Assembly (NCBI GenBank): GCA_963675915.1
Contig: OY780959.1
Coordinates: 990,001 to 1,022,000 of the forward strand
Length of the DNA stretch: 32,000 nt
Direction: 5' to 3'
Origin: Coprobacillaceae bacterium
GTDB lineage: Bacteria; Bacillota_I; Bacilli_A; Erysipelotrichales; Coprobacillaceae
Shown here in pieces: positions 9,105 through 17,421 of the stretch (positions are counted from its first letter, which is position 1; each line of letters begins with the position of its first letter). Below the pieces are notes generated by a model, which saw nothing but the letters and a program-made list of their open reading frames with translations, made no database searches and was not told the origin of the DNA. Both the position numbers and the translations under genes were made by a program.

Positions 9105-10922
9105 ATGAAGAGAATCAAAAAATTAAGGATTATCCTGATAGTGACGATATTCAGTTTAATGCTTATGACTCCCAAATCCTGGCAAGTTTACGCTGCTAAA
9201 AGTGAAATAATCACCAACGTAGCCACAACCGAAAAGGTAATCGCATTGACGTTTGATGATAATTATTATGAAGGAACCCAAGAAATCGTGACAATTTTGA
9301 ACAGCTACAATGTCAAAGCCTCCTTTTTCTACTTAGGTATAACTGCTGAAACAAGTGAGAGTCTGGTCCAGGAACTTTATGCTGCGGGCCATTTCATTGG
9401 CAATCATTCCTACGCCCATCCACATTTTACAACTTTGGATCAGGCCGGGATAATCGAGCAGCTCCAACTTACTGAAACTATCATTACCAACCTGACCGGT
9501 GAAGGAACCATGCCTTATTTCCGACCGCCATATGGTGATTATAATGACTTTGTCTTGCAAGTTGCCGGCGATGCCGGGTACACCAAGACAATCTTATGGT
9601 CAATTGATTCGGAAGACTATACCAACAATTCGGCCGCTGATATTGTCAACAGAGTTGTCGGCAATGCCGCTCCTGGTGCCATCGTTCTGATGCACTGTGG
9701 GATCACCGGAACCAATACCACCGAAGCCCTGCCGACAATTATTGAACAGTTGTTGGCCCAAGGCTATACGTTTGTTACGATTCCAGAACTCTTGACCTAT
9801 GGCAACGCCCAGGCTTTAACCAACCCGAGTATATCAATCACTACTCCAGCCAGCGGACTGGTAAGCAATTCGGGAACCAGTATTTCTTTTAGAGCCACTG
9901 CCAATGATAACGAAGATGGCAATCTTGATGCTTCTATCAAATGGAAATCTTCGCTTAATGGTGAATTTGGGATCGGACCTAACGTCACGACCAACAGACT
10001 GGTAACAGGTACACATATCATCACCGCTTGGGTGAAAGACAGTAACGGATTAAGTGCGAGCGAGTCGATTGAAGTAACTATCAACGCCCCTGCAGCCACT
10101 CCAACCATTTCCATCACCAATCCCGCTAGCGGACTGGTAATCGGTTCAGGCAATACCATTTATTTCAAAGCCTCCGCGACTGATAGCCAAGGTGGCAATC
10201 TTGATGCCTCAATCAAATGGAAATCTTCGCTTAACGGAGAATTCGGGATTGGCTCAAGTGCCCCTACCAGCAAATTGGTAGTCGGTACCCATACCATCAC
10301 CGCCACCGCTAAAGACAGCAATGGCGTCAGTGCCAGCACTTCGATTGAAGTAACCATCAGTGGCGACAATGCCGCGCCAACTGTATCGATCACCAATCCA
10401 ACTAACGGACTGGTAGTCGCTTCGGGCAGCAGCATCTATTTTAATGCTTTGGCAAGCGATAGTAACGGCGTCGATATCACTTCCTCAATCAAATGGAAAT
10501 CTTCGCTAAATGGTGAATTTGGCATCGGACCAAGCGTCGCGATCACCAAATTGGCAATTGGAACCCACACCATCACCGCCACTGCCAAAGACAGCAGTGG
10601 TGCCAGTGCGAGCACTTCGATCGTGGTAACGATCACCGCCGAAAATACCGCTCCAACTATTTCAATCACCAATCCCACCAGCGGTCTGGTAGCCACTTCA
10701 GGCACCAATATTTATTTTAGAGCTACCGCGAGTGATAACGAAGAAGGAAATATCGATTCAGCAATCAAATGGAAATCTTCGCTTAATGGCGAATTTGGCA
10801 TCGGACCTAGCGCCCCTACCACTCGTTTGGCAGTGGGAACGCACACCATCACCGCCACTGTAAAAGACGGCAGCGGAGTCAGTGCGAGCAGTACGATTAC
10901 CGTAACTATTGAAGCCAATTAA
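9105..10922 (+). CDS. Secreted polysaccharide deacetylase (CE4 / NodB domain) with four C-terminal Ig-like repeat modules
   Basis: The ATG at 9105 follows GAGAGGTG. The signal peptide is MKRIKKLRIILIVTIFSLMLMTPKSWQVYA/AK. All five CE4 motifs are present: TFDDN, HSYAHPH, RPPYGDY, DSEDY and IVLMH. Four 92-aa repeats follow. Confidence 0.9.
   Translation: MKRIKKLRIILIVTIFSLMLMTPKSWQVYAAKSEIITNVATTEKVIALTFDDNYYEGTQEIVTILNSYNVKASFFYLGITAETSESLVQELYAAGHFIGNHSYAHPHFTTLDQAGIIEQLQLTETIITNLTGEGTMPYFRPPYGDYNDFVLQVAGDAGYTKTILWSIDSEDYTNNSAADIVNRVVGNAAPGAIVLMHCGITGTNTTEALPTIIEQLLAQGYTFVTIPELLTYGNAQALTNPSISITTPASGLVSNSGTSISFRATANDNEDGNLDASIKWKSSLNGEFGIGPNVTTNRLVTGTHIITAWVKDSNGLSASESIEVTINAPAATPTISITNPASGLVIGSGNTIYFKASATDSQGGNLDASIKWKSSLNGEFGIGSSAPTSKLVVGTHTITATAKDSNGVSASTSIEVTISGDNAAPTVSITNPTNGLVVASGSSIYFNALASDSNGVDITSSIKWKSSLNGEFGIGPSVAITKLAIGTHTITATAKDSSGASASTSIVVTITAENTAPTISITNPTSGLVATSGTNIYFRATASDNEEGNIDSAIKWKSSLNGEFGIGPSAPTTRLAVGTHTITATVKDGSGVSASSTITVTIEAN
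9828..10919 (+). repeat. Four in-frame tandem repeats of 276 bp inside the CE4 gene
   Basis: Units are 9828-10103, 10104-10379, 10380-10655 and 10656-10919 (the last is 264 bp). Each encodes (T/S)ISITxPxSGLV...IKWKSSLNGEFGIG...GTHTITATAKDSxGxSAS. Confidence 0.9.
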
Positions 10923-10993
10923 ACCGCTTCAAATGGTTATTTAACTATCAACTAAGATTACAAAAATTGAATAGTCCCAACTATGATATTCAA

Positions 10994-11026
10994 GCCCCTC
11001 TGAATAAAAAACAGAGGGGCTTTTTA
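10994..11026 (+). terminator. Rho-independent terminator after the CE4 gene
   Basis: GCCCCTCTG (10994-11002) pairs with CAGAGGGGC (11012-11020), followed by TTTTT. Confidence 0.8.
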
Positions 11027-11100
11027 CTGTCCCTAAACAAGAAGATGAGTGTCAATTAGTGCGGCTAATAGCCACATAAAAGACTAGCCTGAAATAGCCC

Positions 11101-11138
11101 TAAAAAAGTCCAGCCAAAGCTTTTGCTCCAACTGGACT
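11101..11138 (-). terminator. Probable terminator after the phosphoglycosyl transferase gene (minus strand)
   Basis: AGTCCAG (11107-11113) pairs with CTGGACT (11132-11138), with an inner AGC/GCT pairing. On the minus strand it is followed by TTTTTTA. Confidence 0.5.
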
Positions 11139-11160
11139 GAAATTCTCTCTTCAATTGATG

Positions 11161-12612
11161 TTACATCGAGCCTTCCCGTTTGAAGACCACACCGACTGTC
11201 TTGAACAGAATCTTGAGATCCAATGACATGCTCCATTCGCTGATGTATTTGCGGTCAAGGCTGACCACATCCTCGAAATCGGTGATATTGCTGCGGCCGC
11301 TTACCTGCCACATCCCAGTCAGTCCTGGTTTGATTGCCAGTCTTGAACGGTGATGAAGATCATATTTATCCCATTCGTCCACAGTTGGCGGACGGGTTCC
11401 AATCAGGCTCATTTCGCCTTTGAGGATGTTGAAGAATTGCGGGAACTCATCGAGACTGAAATCCCGGATGATATTTCCAATTCCCTTATTAATCTTACCG
11501 TCAGCTGATTGTTTGGCTCCGATGATCCGCGGGTCGAAATCCAGTTTGAACATCATCCCATCAGCAACCCGGTTTTGCTTCATCAATTCCTTTTTCCGTT
11601 CTTCAGCATCCATATACATGCTTCTGAATTTATAGATTTTGAATTTCTTCCCGTTTTTACCAACCCGGATCTGTGAGAAAAAGATCGGTCCTGGCGAGCT
11701 AAAATAAATCAACGGTGCCAAGAGCAGATAAAGGATTCCGGTAATCAAACAGCCAGCCAGACCGGCACAGATATCAATTGTCCGTTTGAACAGCAACTCC
11801 AACGAGCTGGCCGTATTGATACTGGTCGTCAAGACCACAAAATCTCCCATTCGTTCAACAAATTGCCGTTTCCCGTCAAGTTGGGCCGACTTGGCCAGTT
11901 CTAGATGAACCGTGATTCCCATTTCAATGAAGTCATTGATCAGTTTTTGAGGAAGTTCGAATTCCGCTGGTATGGCAATGACAACCTCATCAACCCATTC
12001 CCGGCAGACATGTTCAGTGGCGTTTTCGACACTGGCCACTACTTTGACCCCTTCGATTTCTTCACCAATCTTGTCCCCATCCATAGTCACGATTCCGGTA
12101 ATCACATAACGGTCAGGATTGTTGGTGGTGATACTGTCAAGAACTGTTCCGATATTCTCACTCACTGTCACCACTAACAATGATTTATGTTCGAATCTGT
12201 GGATATACTTGTTCAAGATCCGCTTCCAAAGCAGCCTGACCAAATAATCAATCACAAAATAGATCGCCGCCAATTCAAAAATGAAGAGCCGTGAGGCACT
12301 GCTCCCACCCTGAATGACGAAAAAGTAGAAGGTGATGAAAAGCACAACCAAAATGACATGTTTGGCAGTTTTCTTGAATCCTTCGTAATAACCCCGATTC
12401 AAAATATTATTAAGTGAATCAAAGAAAATCAGCACAAACAAATCAATAAAGCTCATCACCAGGGCCACATTCCGGTAAACTTCATCAAAATAGGGGAAGC
12501 TGATCCCAAATCTAAGTACATAAGCCAGATAAAAAGATATCTGGAGACAAATCAAATCCAAAATGATAAAGTCACGATACCGCAACCATCCGTGTTTCCT
12601 GCGCTGATACAT
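11161..12612 (-). CDS. Initiating polyprenyl-phosphate hexose-1-phosphate transferase (WbaP/CpsE/EpsE family bacterial sugar transferase)
   Basis: 483 aa. The N-terminus has 4-5 TM helices. The C-terminal catalytic domain reads FSQIRVGKNGKKFKIYKFRSMYMDAE...DPRI...LDEFPQFFNILKGEMSLIGTRPP...KPGLTGMWQVSGRS. Confidence 0.9.
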   Translation of the reverse strand: MYQRRKHGWLRYRDFIILDLICLQISFYLAYVLRFGISFPYFDEVYRNVALVMSFIDLFVLIFFDSLNNILNRGYYEGFKKTAKHVILVVLFITFYFFVIQGGSSASRLFIFELAAIYFVIDYLVRLLWKRILNKYIHRFEHKSLLVVTVSENIGTVLDSITTNNPDRYVITGIVTMDGDKIGEEIEGVKVVASVENATEHVCREWVDEVVIAIPAEFELPQKLINDFIEMGITVHLELAKSAQLDGKRQFVERMGDFVVLTTSINTASSLELLFKRTIDICAGLAGCLITGILYLLLAPLIYFSSPGPIFFSQIRVGKNGKKFKIYKFRSMYMDAEERKKELMKQNRVADGMMFKLDFDPRIIGAKQSADGKINKGIGNIIRDFSLDEFPQFFNILKGEMSLIGTRPPTVDEWDKYDLHHRSRLAIKPGLTGMWQVSGRSNITDFEDVVSLDRKYISEWSMSLDLKILFKTVGVVFKREGSM

Positions 12613-12864
12613 AATCCCATCCCCCTAAAAAATGATTCTAAAACTGTTAAAAACTCAACTCCCCGTCATGACTGCTTCAAACCTAGAGCCAGGATTTTCC
12701 AAGCGCCCTGGCTGATACTTTGATATCAAGAACCAGCTGTTACCTCCCCGTCCATAGCCAGAGTAGTCGCAACTGCCAAAAACACTCCCAAGTTTTCGCA
12801 TTGACCAATAAAACCACATCAAAGCCTAATTGTCATGACAAATATTAGTTTAAAAAGTATCTAA

Positions 12865-12893
12865 ATTTTAACACCACACACTGTTACGGTCAA
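12865..12893 (-). promoter_or_regulatory. Extended -10 sigma-A promoter for the phosphoglycosyl transferase gene
   Basis: Read on the minus strand: TTGACC (12893-12888), a 17-nt spacer, then TGtTAAAAT (-10 at 12870-12865). The leader to the ATG at 12612 is about 245 nt. Confidence 0.5.
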
Positions 12894-13287
12894 TACGTTT
12901 TAGGAAATGGGTTAATATTTTTTTACAACTGTTCCGTTTATCTTCAGTAGATAACATAAAACCGACTCAGTTAATCTGACATCGATTTCCTATTTTTCTA
13001 AATGAAAGTCCAGACCTTCTCCGTTCTGGCCTTAGCGCTATTATTATGATTATCTGGTTTTGGGGGATTATCCAAATTGCCAGACTATTTATAGACAAGC
13101 AGATTATCCGTTACAATTCCCACGACATTTTCAGACAAACCCGCTTATATACCGCAACATCAAGGATAAAATGAAGGTGATCTGGATGATCTTAGCGACC
13201 AAAGTTACATTCAAAAAAAGATTTTGGACTTTCAATTATCAACCGTAATTCAACCGCAATATCAACTGGAAGAAACAAGTCCAATGG

Positions 13288-14326
13288 TTAGTTTATTCCA
13301 AAATATTGATCAAATCCATTGCAAATCCCAGTAACAATTTTGGTCTGGTACTCGCTTGAAGCCATCTTGAGATCTTCAGTCGGATTAGTCATATATCCCA
13401 TTTCCACTATTGTCGTGGCAACCGTACACCAGTTAATGCCACTCATCGTATCTGTTTCCCAAACCTTTTCTTTAACACAACCGGTAGCTTCCGCAAGGTT
13501 GTCTAAGATTGCAACAGAGAGGGCTCTGCATTGACTATATAGAGAAGCATTATAGACATTTATGCTGGTTTGACAGATAGTCATCGCCCCGCAACGAGTC
13601 GAATTACTTGAACCATTGGCATTGATTCTAACAAAGGCATCGGAGTGAGCCTCATTAGCGATGGCCGCCCGCTGCGAGTTGGAGATATTGACATCATTGG
13701 TGGTTCTAATCATCTTGACCTGATATCCCCGACTTTCCAGTTCATCACGCAGTTTCAAGGAAACCTCAAGATTACGTTCATATTCACCCAGTCCGCCGGC
13801 AACTCCGCTGGTTCCACTCGAGACCTTGGCTTTGGTTGTTGTTTTTCAACTACTTGACTATCACCAAGATAGCCGTTGGCCACAAAACATAACGTACCAT
13901 TAAAGACTATCTTACTCAACCATCAGCTTGTGACACCAATGCCACTTTAGCGTTTAGCTTGAGGGGCATTGGTGTCACAATCTCACTCGAAGCTGGCGGC
14001 GCAGTTCTTACATGCAGGCTGACCGTGGTGTACATATCCGTTGTCGTCAGACTCGAAAGATCAACCGTTGACTCTGACTTGGGTTCTATCTTCGCTGTTG
14101 ATTCGCAGGCAGCTTCCGGCTCACTTGGTTGCTGGTCAGGCGATTCACTCCCTGGGGTGGTAACCCGCTCCGGTGACTGTTCCTTTTCACTTTGGTCAGG
14201 CGATCCAGTTACGACTTCAACAGGCCCCTGTTCAACAGTTTCTTTAGAATGGACATTGCAACCACCCAGTCCCAAAATCAGACAGGTAGCTATCATCAAA
14301 TAAATAAAACTCTTTCCCATATTCAT
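13288..14326 (-). pseudogene. Disrupted lipoprotein SH3b + N-acetylmuramoyl-L-alanine amidase (Amidase_3) gene
   Basis: ORF 13916..14326 carries a lipobox signal peptide (LILGLGGC), a Pro/Ser/Glu linker and the start of an SH3b-like segment, then stops. ORF 13288..13758 is an Amidase_3 core ([28 protein letters not shown]...[12 protein letters not shown]). Its frame stays open upstream to [20 protein letters not shown], where it hits a stop. Stops occur in two of the three frames between the pieces, and the third runs out of frame into the amidase core. No (V/I)DPGH zinc-ligand motif is present, and the second ligand reads RINANG instead of RIHxxG. Confidence 0.65.
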
Positions 14327-14549
14327 AGTTTACTCCCCTCAATACAACGTAATTCGATTTAGTTTACAGATTAGCAGCTTCCATGGAGTTATAACACACA
14401 ATTATAGTCTATCTAATCGACAATAGTAACAAACACAAACTTTTCGAGCATTATAACCGTTTGTGAACGAAAGTAATGAATCCGGTCAAACATATCAAAG
14501 TTATAGTTTTGGTTACTAAATTTCAATGAAAACAATGCCCGAGCAACTC

Positions 14550-14610
14550 AAAAAAGATCCCTCCCAGAAGCGAAAAGGGCTAAATTGCCTATCGCTTTTG
14601 GACGAGATCT
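14550..14610 (-). terminator. Possible terminator after the permease gene (minus strand)
   Basis: An imperfect long hairpin: AAGCGA pairs with TCGCTT, extended by AGATC/GATCT arms. On the minus strand it is followed by TTTTTT (plus-strand A-run 14550-14555). Confidence 0.35.
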
Positions 14611-14634
14611 TGATTTGGTATATTTGATTGGAAA

Positions 14635-16011
14635 TTATTTTTTGACAATCTGATAATAAGTGCGGGCGGTGAAAAGATAAACCAGACAGTAGATAGTTGC
14701 CAGGACTGCCACTGAGATGATCGTGACGGTAAAGTAGGTTTGGACATTGCCCAGCAAGGCCATCCTAAGCACTCTTAAAATTAGCGGAAAAGCGAAGGCG
14801 AGATGGATGATGGCCACGACAAGTGGCAAGAAGAAGAATACCAAGACTTGGCTTTTGATTGCCTGTTTGACTTCTTTTTGACTCATTCCGACATTCTGAA
14901 GGATTTCAAATTTGTTCTGGTCCTCGTATCCTTCAGAAAGCTGCTTGTTATAGATGATCATTATCGCCCCCATCAAGAACATCACCGACATGAAAATTCC
15001 GATAAAAAGCAGACTATCCAGAACTTCATAACTATCCTGCAATTGGGCATCACGATTCAAGAAAGTGCCGGAACGAGCCCCTTCTTGATAAAAGAATTCT
15101 TTTTTGATGGTATCGACAGTAGCTTCCAGCTTGGAATCATCACTGTTTAGTCCGATGGCATAACCAGGAATCAGTTCAGTCAATGCCGGGATTGATGCAA
15201 TCTGATCATTGGCGAAGATGACTGCCATTCTCCGAGGCGCGTAATAATTGCCGACCATGATTCTAGGATCTACGAAGGTGCCAACCACCTGGTAATCAAC
15301 CCCATCAATCCAAATATCACCCTCTTGATAGTCGAAACTGGTATACAGGACAACCTGGTTGGACTTTAATTCGATGTTTTGATTGAAACCTTGATTGAAA
15401 GTATCCTGGCTCAAAGCGTTAAAATTGATGGTATCATTGAAACTGTCACTACTAGTTGTTTCCAAAACCACGTGACCGTCATGATAGATTCCAATTGTAT
15501 CAAGCAAATCAAAGGCGAAGTAATCATAATAGTCAAGATCTTGCAGATGCGCTGTCGCAATTTCCTCAAAGTTGTTTTCGACCTCGCGGGTATAACCCAC
15601 CATGATCTGGTCAGCCGGACATTGACCGTCAACCGATTCCTGGATCCCGATATACATGCAGAATGTCGAGGAAAAGGTCACCAGGACACAGGTACAAAGA
15701 ATACAGATATTGGCCAGACCAATCGCATTTTGCTTCATCCGGTATAAAAGTCCCGAAATCGCGGTGAAATGGCGGGTCTGATAATAATAACGTTTGTTTT
15801 TGCGCAGCAGTTTTAACAAAGTAATACTCCCAGCGGTAAACAGACAATATGTTCCAATCATCACCAAAATCACGGCCACAAAAAACAAAGCGATTGCCAG
15901 AACGGGATCGGTGATAGTCAGGGCTATATAATAACCAGCCCCAAGAGATATCAGTCCGATAATTGTCGTTATCAGTTTGGTCTTGGGCTCTTTTTCGCCG
16001 ACATTGCCACC
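14635..16011 (-). pseudogene. BceB/FtsX-type ABC transporter permease, 5'-truncated by IS21 insertion
   Basis: The ORF-track ORF 14635..15888 stays open in frame up to 16011 (GGNVGEKEPKTKLITTIIGLISLGAGYYIALTITDPVLAIAL...). There it abuts the IS21 terminus TGTAAATG at 16012. The C-terminal FtsX domain is intact. About 190 N-terminal residues and the partner ATPase are absent. Confidence 0.75.
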
Positions 16012-16903
16012 TGTAAATGATACTGTAAATGTGTACTACTTTTGAGCTGAATGACAGCGAATAAGTTTACCACCTTAAAATAAATTCCTGTAAGATTAAA
16101 GTGTATAAAAATCTTACAAGGAGATGATAGAAAGGTGATTATTGAAGTGGATCTTTATTCTCAAATCCGTACTCTCTATGAAGAGGGAAAATCTCAACGG
16201 TCAATCGCAAAACGTTTAGGCATTGCCAGACAGACCGTAAAAAAATATTGCGACGGCAGTACTCATCCCGAAGCACGAAAATCATATTCTCGCGCACATA
16301 ATGTTATTACGGATGATGTTAAAAAGTTTATTATGTCATGTCTACTACAAGATCAGGAAGAAAACATCTCAAAGCAAAAACATAGTGCCAAGAGAATATA
16401 TGATCGTCTTGTTTTAGAAAAATCGTTTAATGGCTCTTATTCAGCTTTAATGGCTCTTATTCAGCAGTTCGCGAAATTGCAAGGCAACTTCGTGCAGATC
16501 AGGTGATTCCTCCTCAAGGCGATATTCCTTTGGAATACGATCCTGGAGATGCCATTCAGATTGATTGGGGAGAAGCTACAATTTATTTGAACAATCAAAA
16601 AACAAAGATAAACTTTTTTTGCGGCAGACTATGCTACAGCTGCGACATTTTCGTCCAGGCCTTCTTTTCTCAAAATATGGAATCTTTTTTAGAGGCGCAA
16701 CAACCAATGTTCGACTATTTTAAAGGAATTCCAAAAAGAATGATATTTGACAATGCCAAAGTAGCAGTAAGCGAAGGCTTTGGCCTCCACGCCAAAGCAA
16801 CCAAAGGTTACAAATCCTTCGCTGCTCACTACGCATTTCAGACTGATTTCTGCAATATCGCCAGTGGAAACGAAAAAGGCCTTGTTGAAAACCTTGTGGG
16901 TTA
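16012..16903 (+). mobile_element. IS21-family element, copy 1: left end plus a 5' part of istA only
   Basis: The terminus begins TG and has reiterated TGTAAATG boxes (16012-16039). istA follows. The element ends abruptly at about 16904, joined to an IS3 fragment. No istB or right end is present. Confidence 0.7.
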
Positions 16904-16910
16904 TGCCCGA
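16135..16910 (+). pseudogene. istA: IS21 istA transposase, frameshifted by a 20-bp duplication and 3'-truncated
   Basis: The two ORFs 16135..16506 and 16503..16922 carry an HTH (GKSQRSIAKRLGIARQTVKKY) and a DDE core (DAIQIDWGEA...IFDNAKVAV...GNEKGLVENLVGYAR). Removing one 20-bp repeat copy fuses them in frame. Confidence 0.8.
16426..16465 (+). repeat. Perfect 20-bp tandem duplication (TTTAATGGCTCTTATTCAGC x2)
   Basis: The copies are 16426-16445 and 16446-16465. Deleting one gives ...SFNGSYSAVREIARQLRADQVIPPQGDIPLEYDPG..., a continuous IstA reading frame. Confidence 0.85.
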
Positions 16911-16937
16911 CATGCAAATTAAAATTTTATACCTTGG
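16904..16937 (+). mobile_element. 34-bp fragment identical to the orfB-3'/IRR region of the IS3 element at 17381-18639, in inverted orientation
   Basis: TGCCCGACATGCAAATTAAAATTTTATACCTTGG at 16904-16937 is the exact reverse complement of 17407-17440. Identity stops on both sides. Confidence 0.85.
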
Positions 16938-16961
16938 GGGGATGCGGACGTTTTCTTGGAC

Positions 16962-17380
16962 TTATTTTATAAACCCTAAACTACGTCGATAATCAACTGG
17001 GCTCATTGCCCCTAATGATATTTTTATTCGTTTTTGATTATACCATCTAATATATTCATTTAAAATATCTATAAATTCTGCTCTACTCGTGTTTATCCAT
17101 GATCTGCCATAAAACATTTCATTTTTAAGTCTTCCAAAAAAACCTTCACAGGCAGCGTTATCTGAACTACAGCCTTTTTTTGACATGGATCGTATTAGTT
17201 CAGCCTGTCTCATTCTTTGTATCCACCCTGGCCATCTATAGTGACATCCGCGGTCAGAATGAACTATAGGCTTTTGATCATCACTTAATGTCTGTATAGC
17301 GTCTTCTAACATGCTGTTCACCAAATTCGCATCTGGAGAAGTTCCTATAGACCACGATACCACCATTCCATCAAAACAGT
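16962..17380 (-). pseudogene. Split IS3-family transposase, fragment 3 (DDE core C-terminus)
   Basis: CFDGMVVSWSIGTSPDANLV...HSDRGCHYRW...SKKGCSSDNAACEGFFGRLKNEMFY... Confidence 0.75.
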
Positions 17381-17421
17381 TGTTCTAGTCAAGTAAAATT
17401 GTAACACCAAGGTATAAAATT

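Noticed and set aside
9797-10918. A ladder of four minus-strand ORFs (9797..10159, 10160..10435, 10436..10708, 10712..10918) with similar sequences.
   Set aside because: They are the antisense shadow of the 276-bp tandem repeats in the CE4 gene. The sense frame has the signal peptide, all CE4 motifs, an RBS and a terminator. The antisense ORFs have no RBS and their periodicity simply mirrors the repeats.
13915-13918. The TGA ending the lipoprotein ORF as a recoded Trp or Sec codon, which would keep the amidase gene intact.
   Set aside because: Reading through gives another stop (TAG) two codons later in the same frame. All other genes in the window terminate normally with the standard code.
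13858-14045. A one-base disagreement between my hand reading and the ORF track. I count TTT at the 14040/14041 line break where both supplied translations (13916..14326 minus and 13959..14303 plus) imply TT. My coordinates just below are offset by 1.
   Set aside because: I cannot resolve this without re-parsing the sequence computationally. I used the ORF-track coordinates here. The pseudogene call does not depend on it, because the missing DPGH segment and the stops between the fragments hold either way.
16920-16922. The identical ARHAN* C-termini of two ORFs as a sign of a shared functional domain.
   Set aside because: They come from the same 34-bp IS3-derived sequence present in inverted orientation, not from homology between the proteins.
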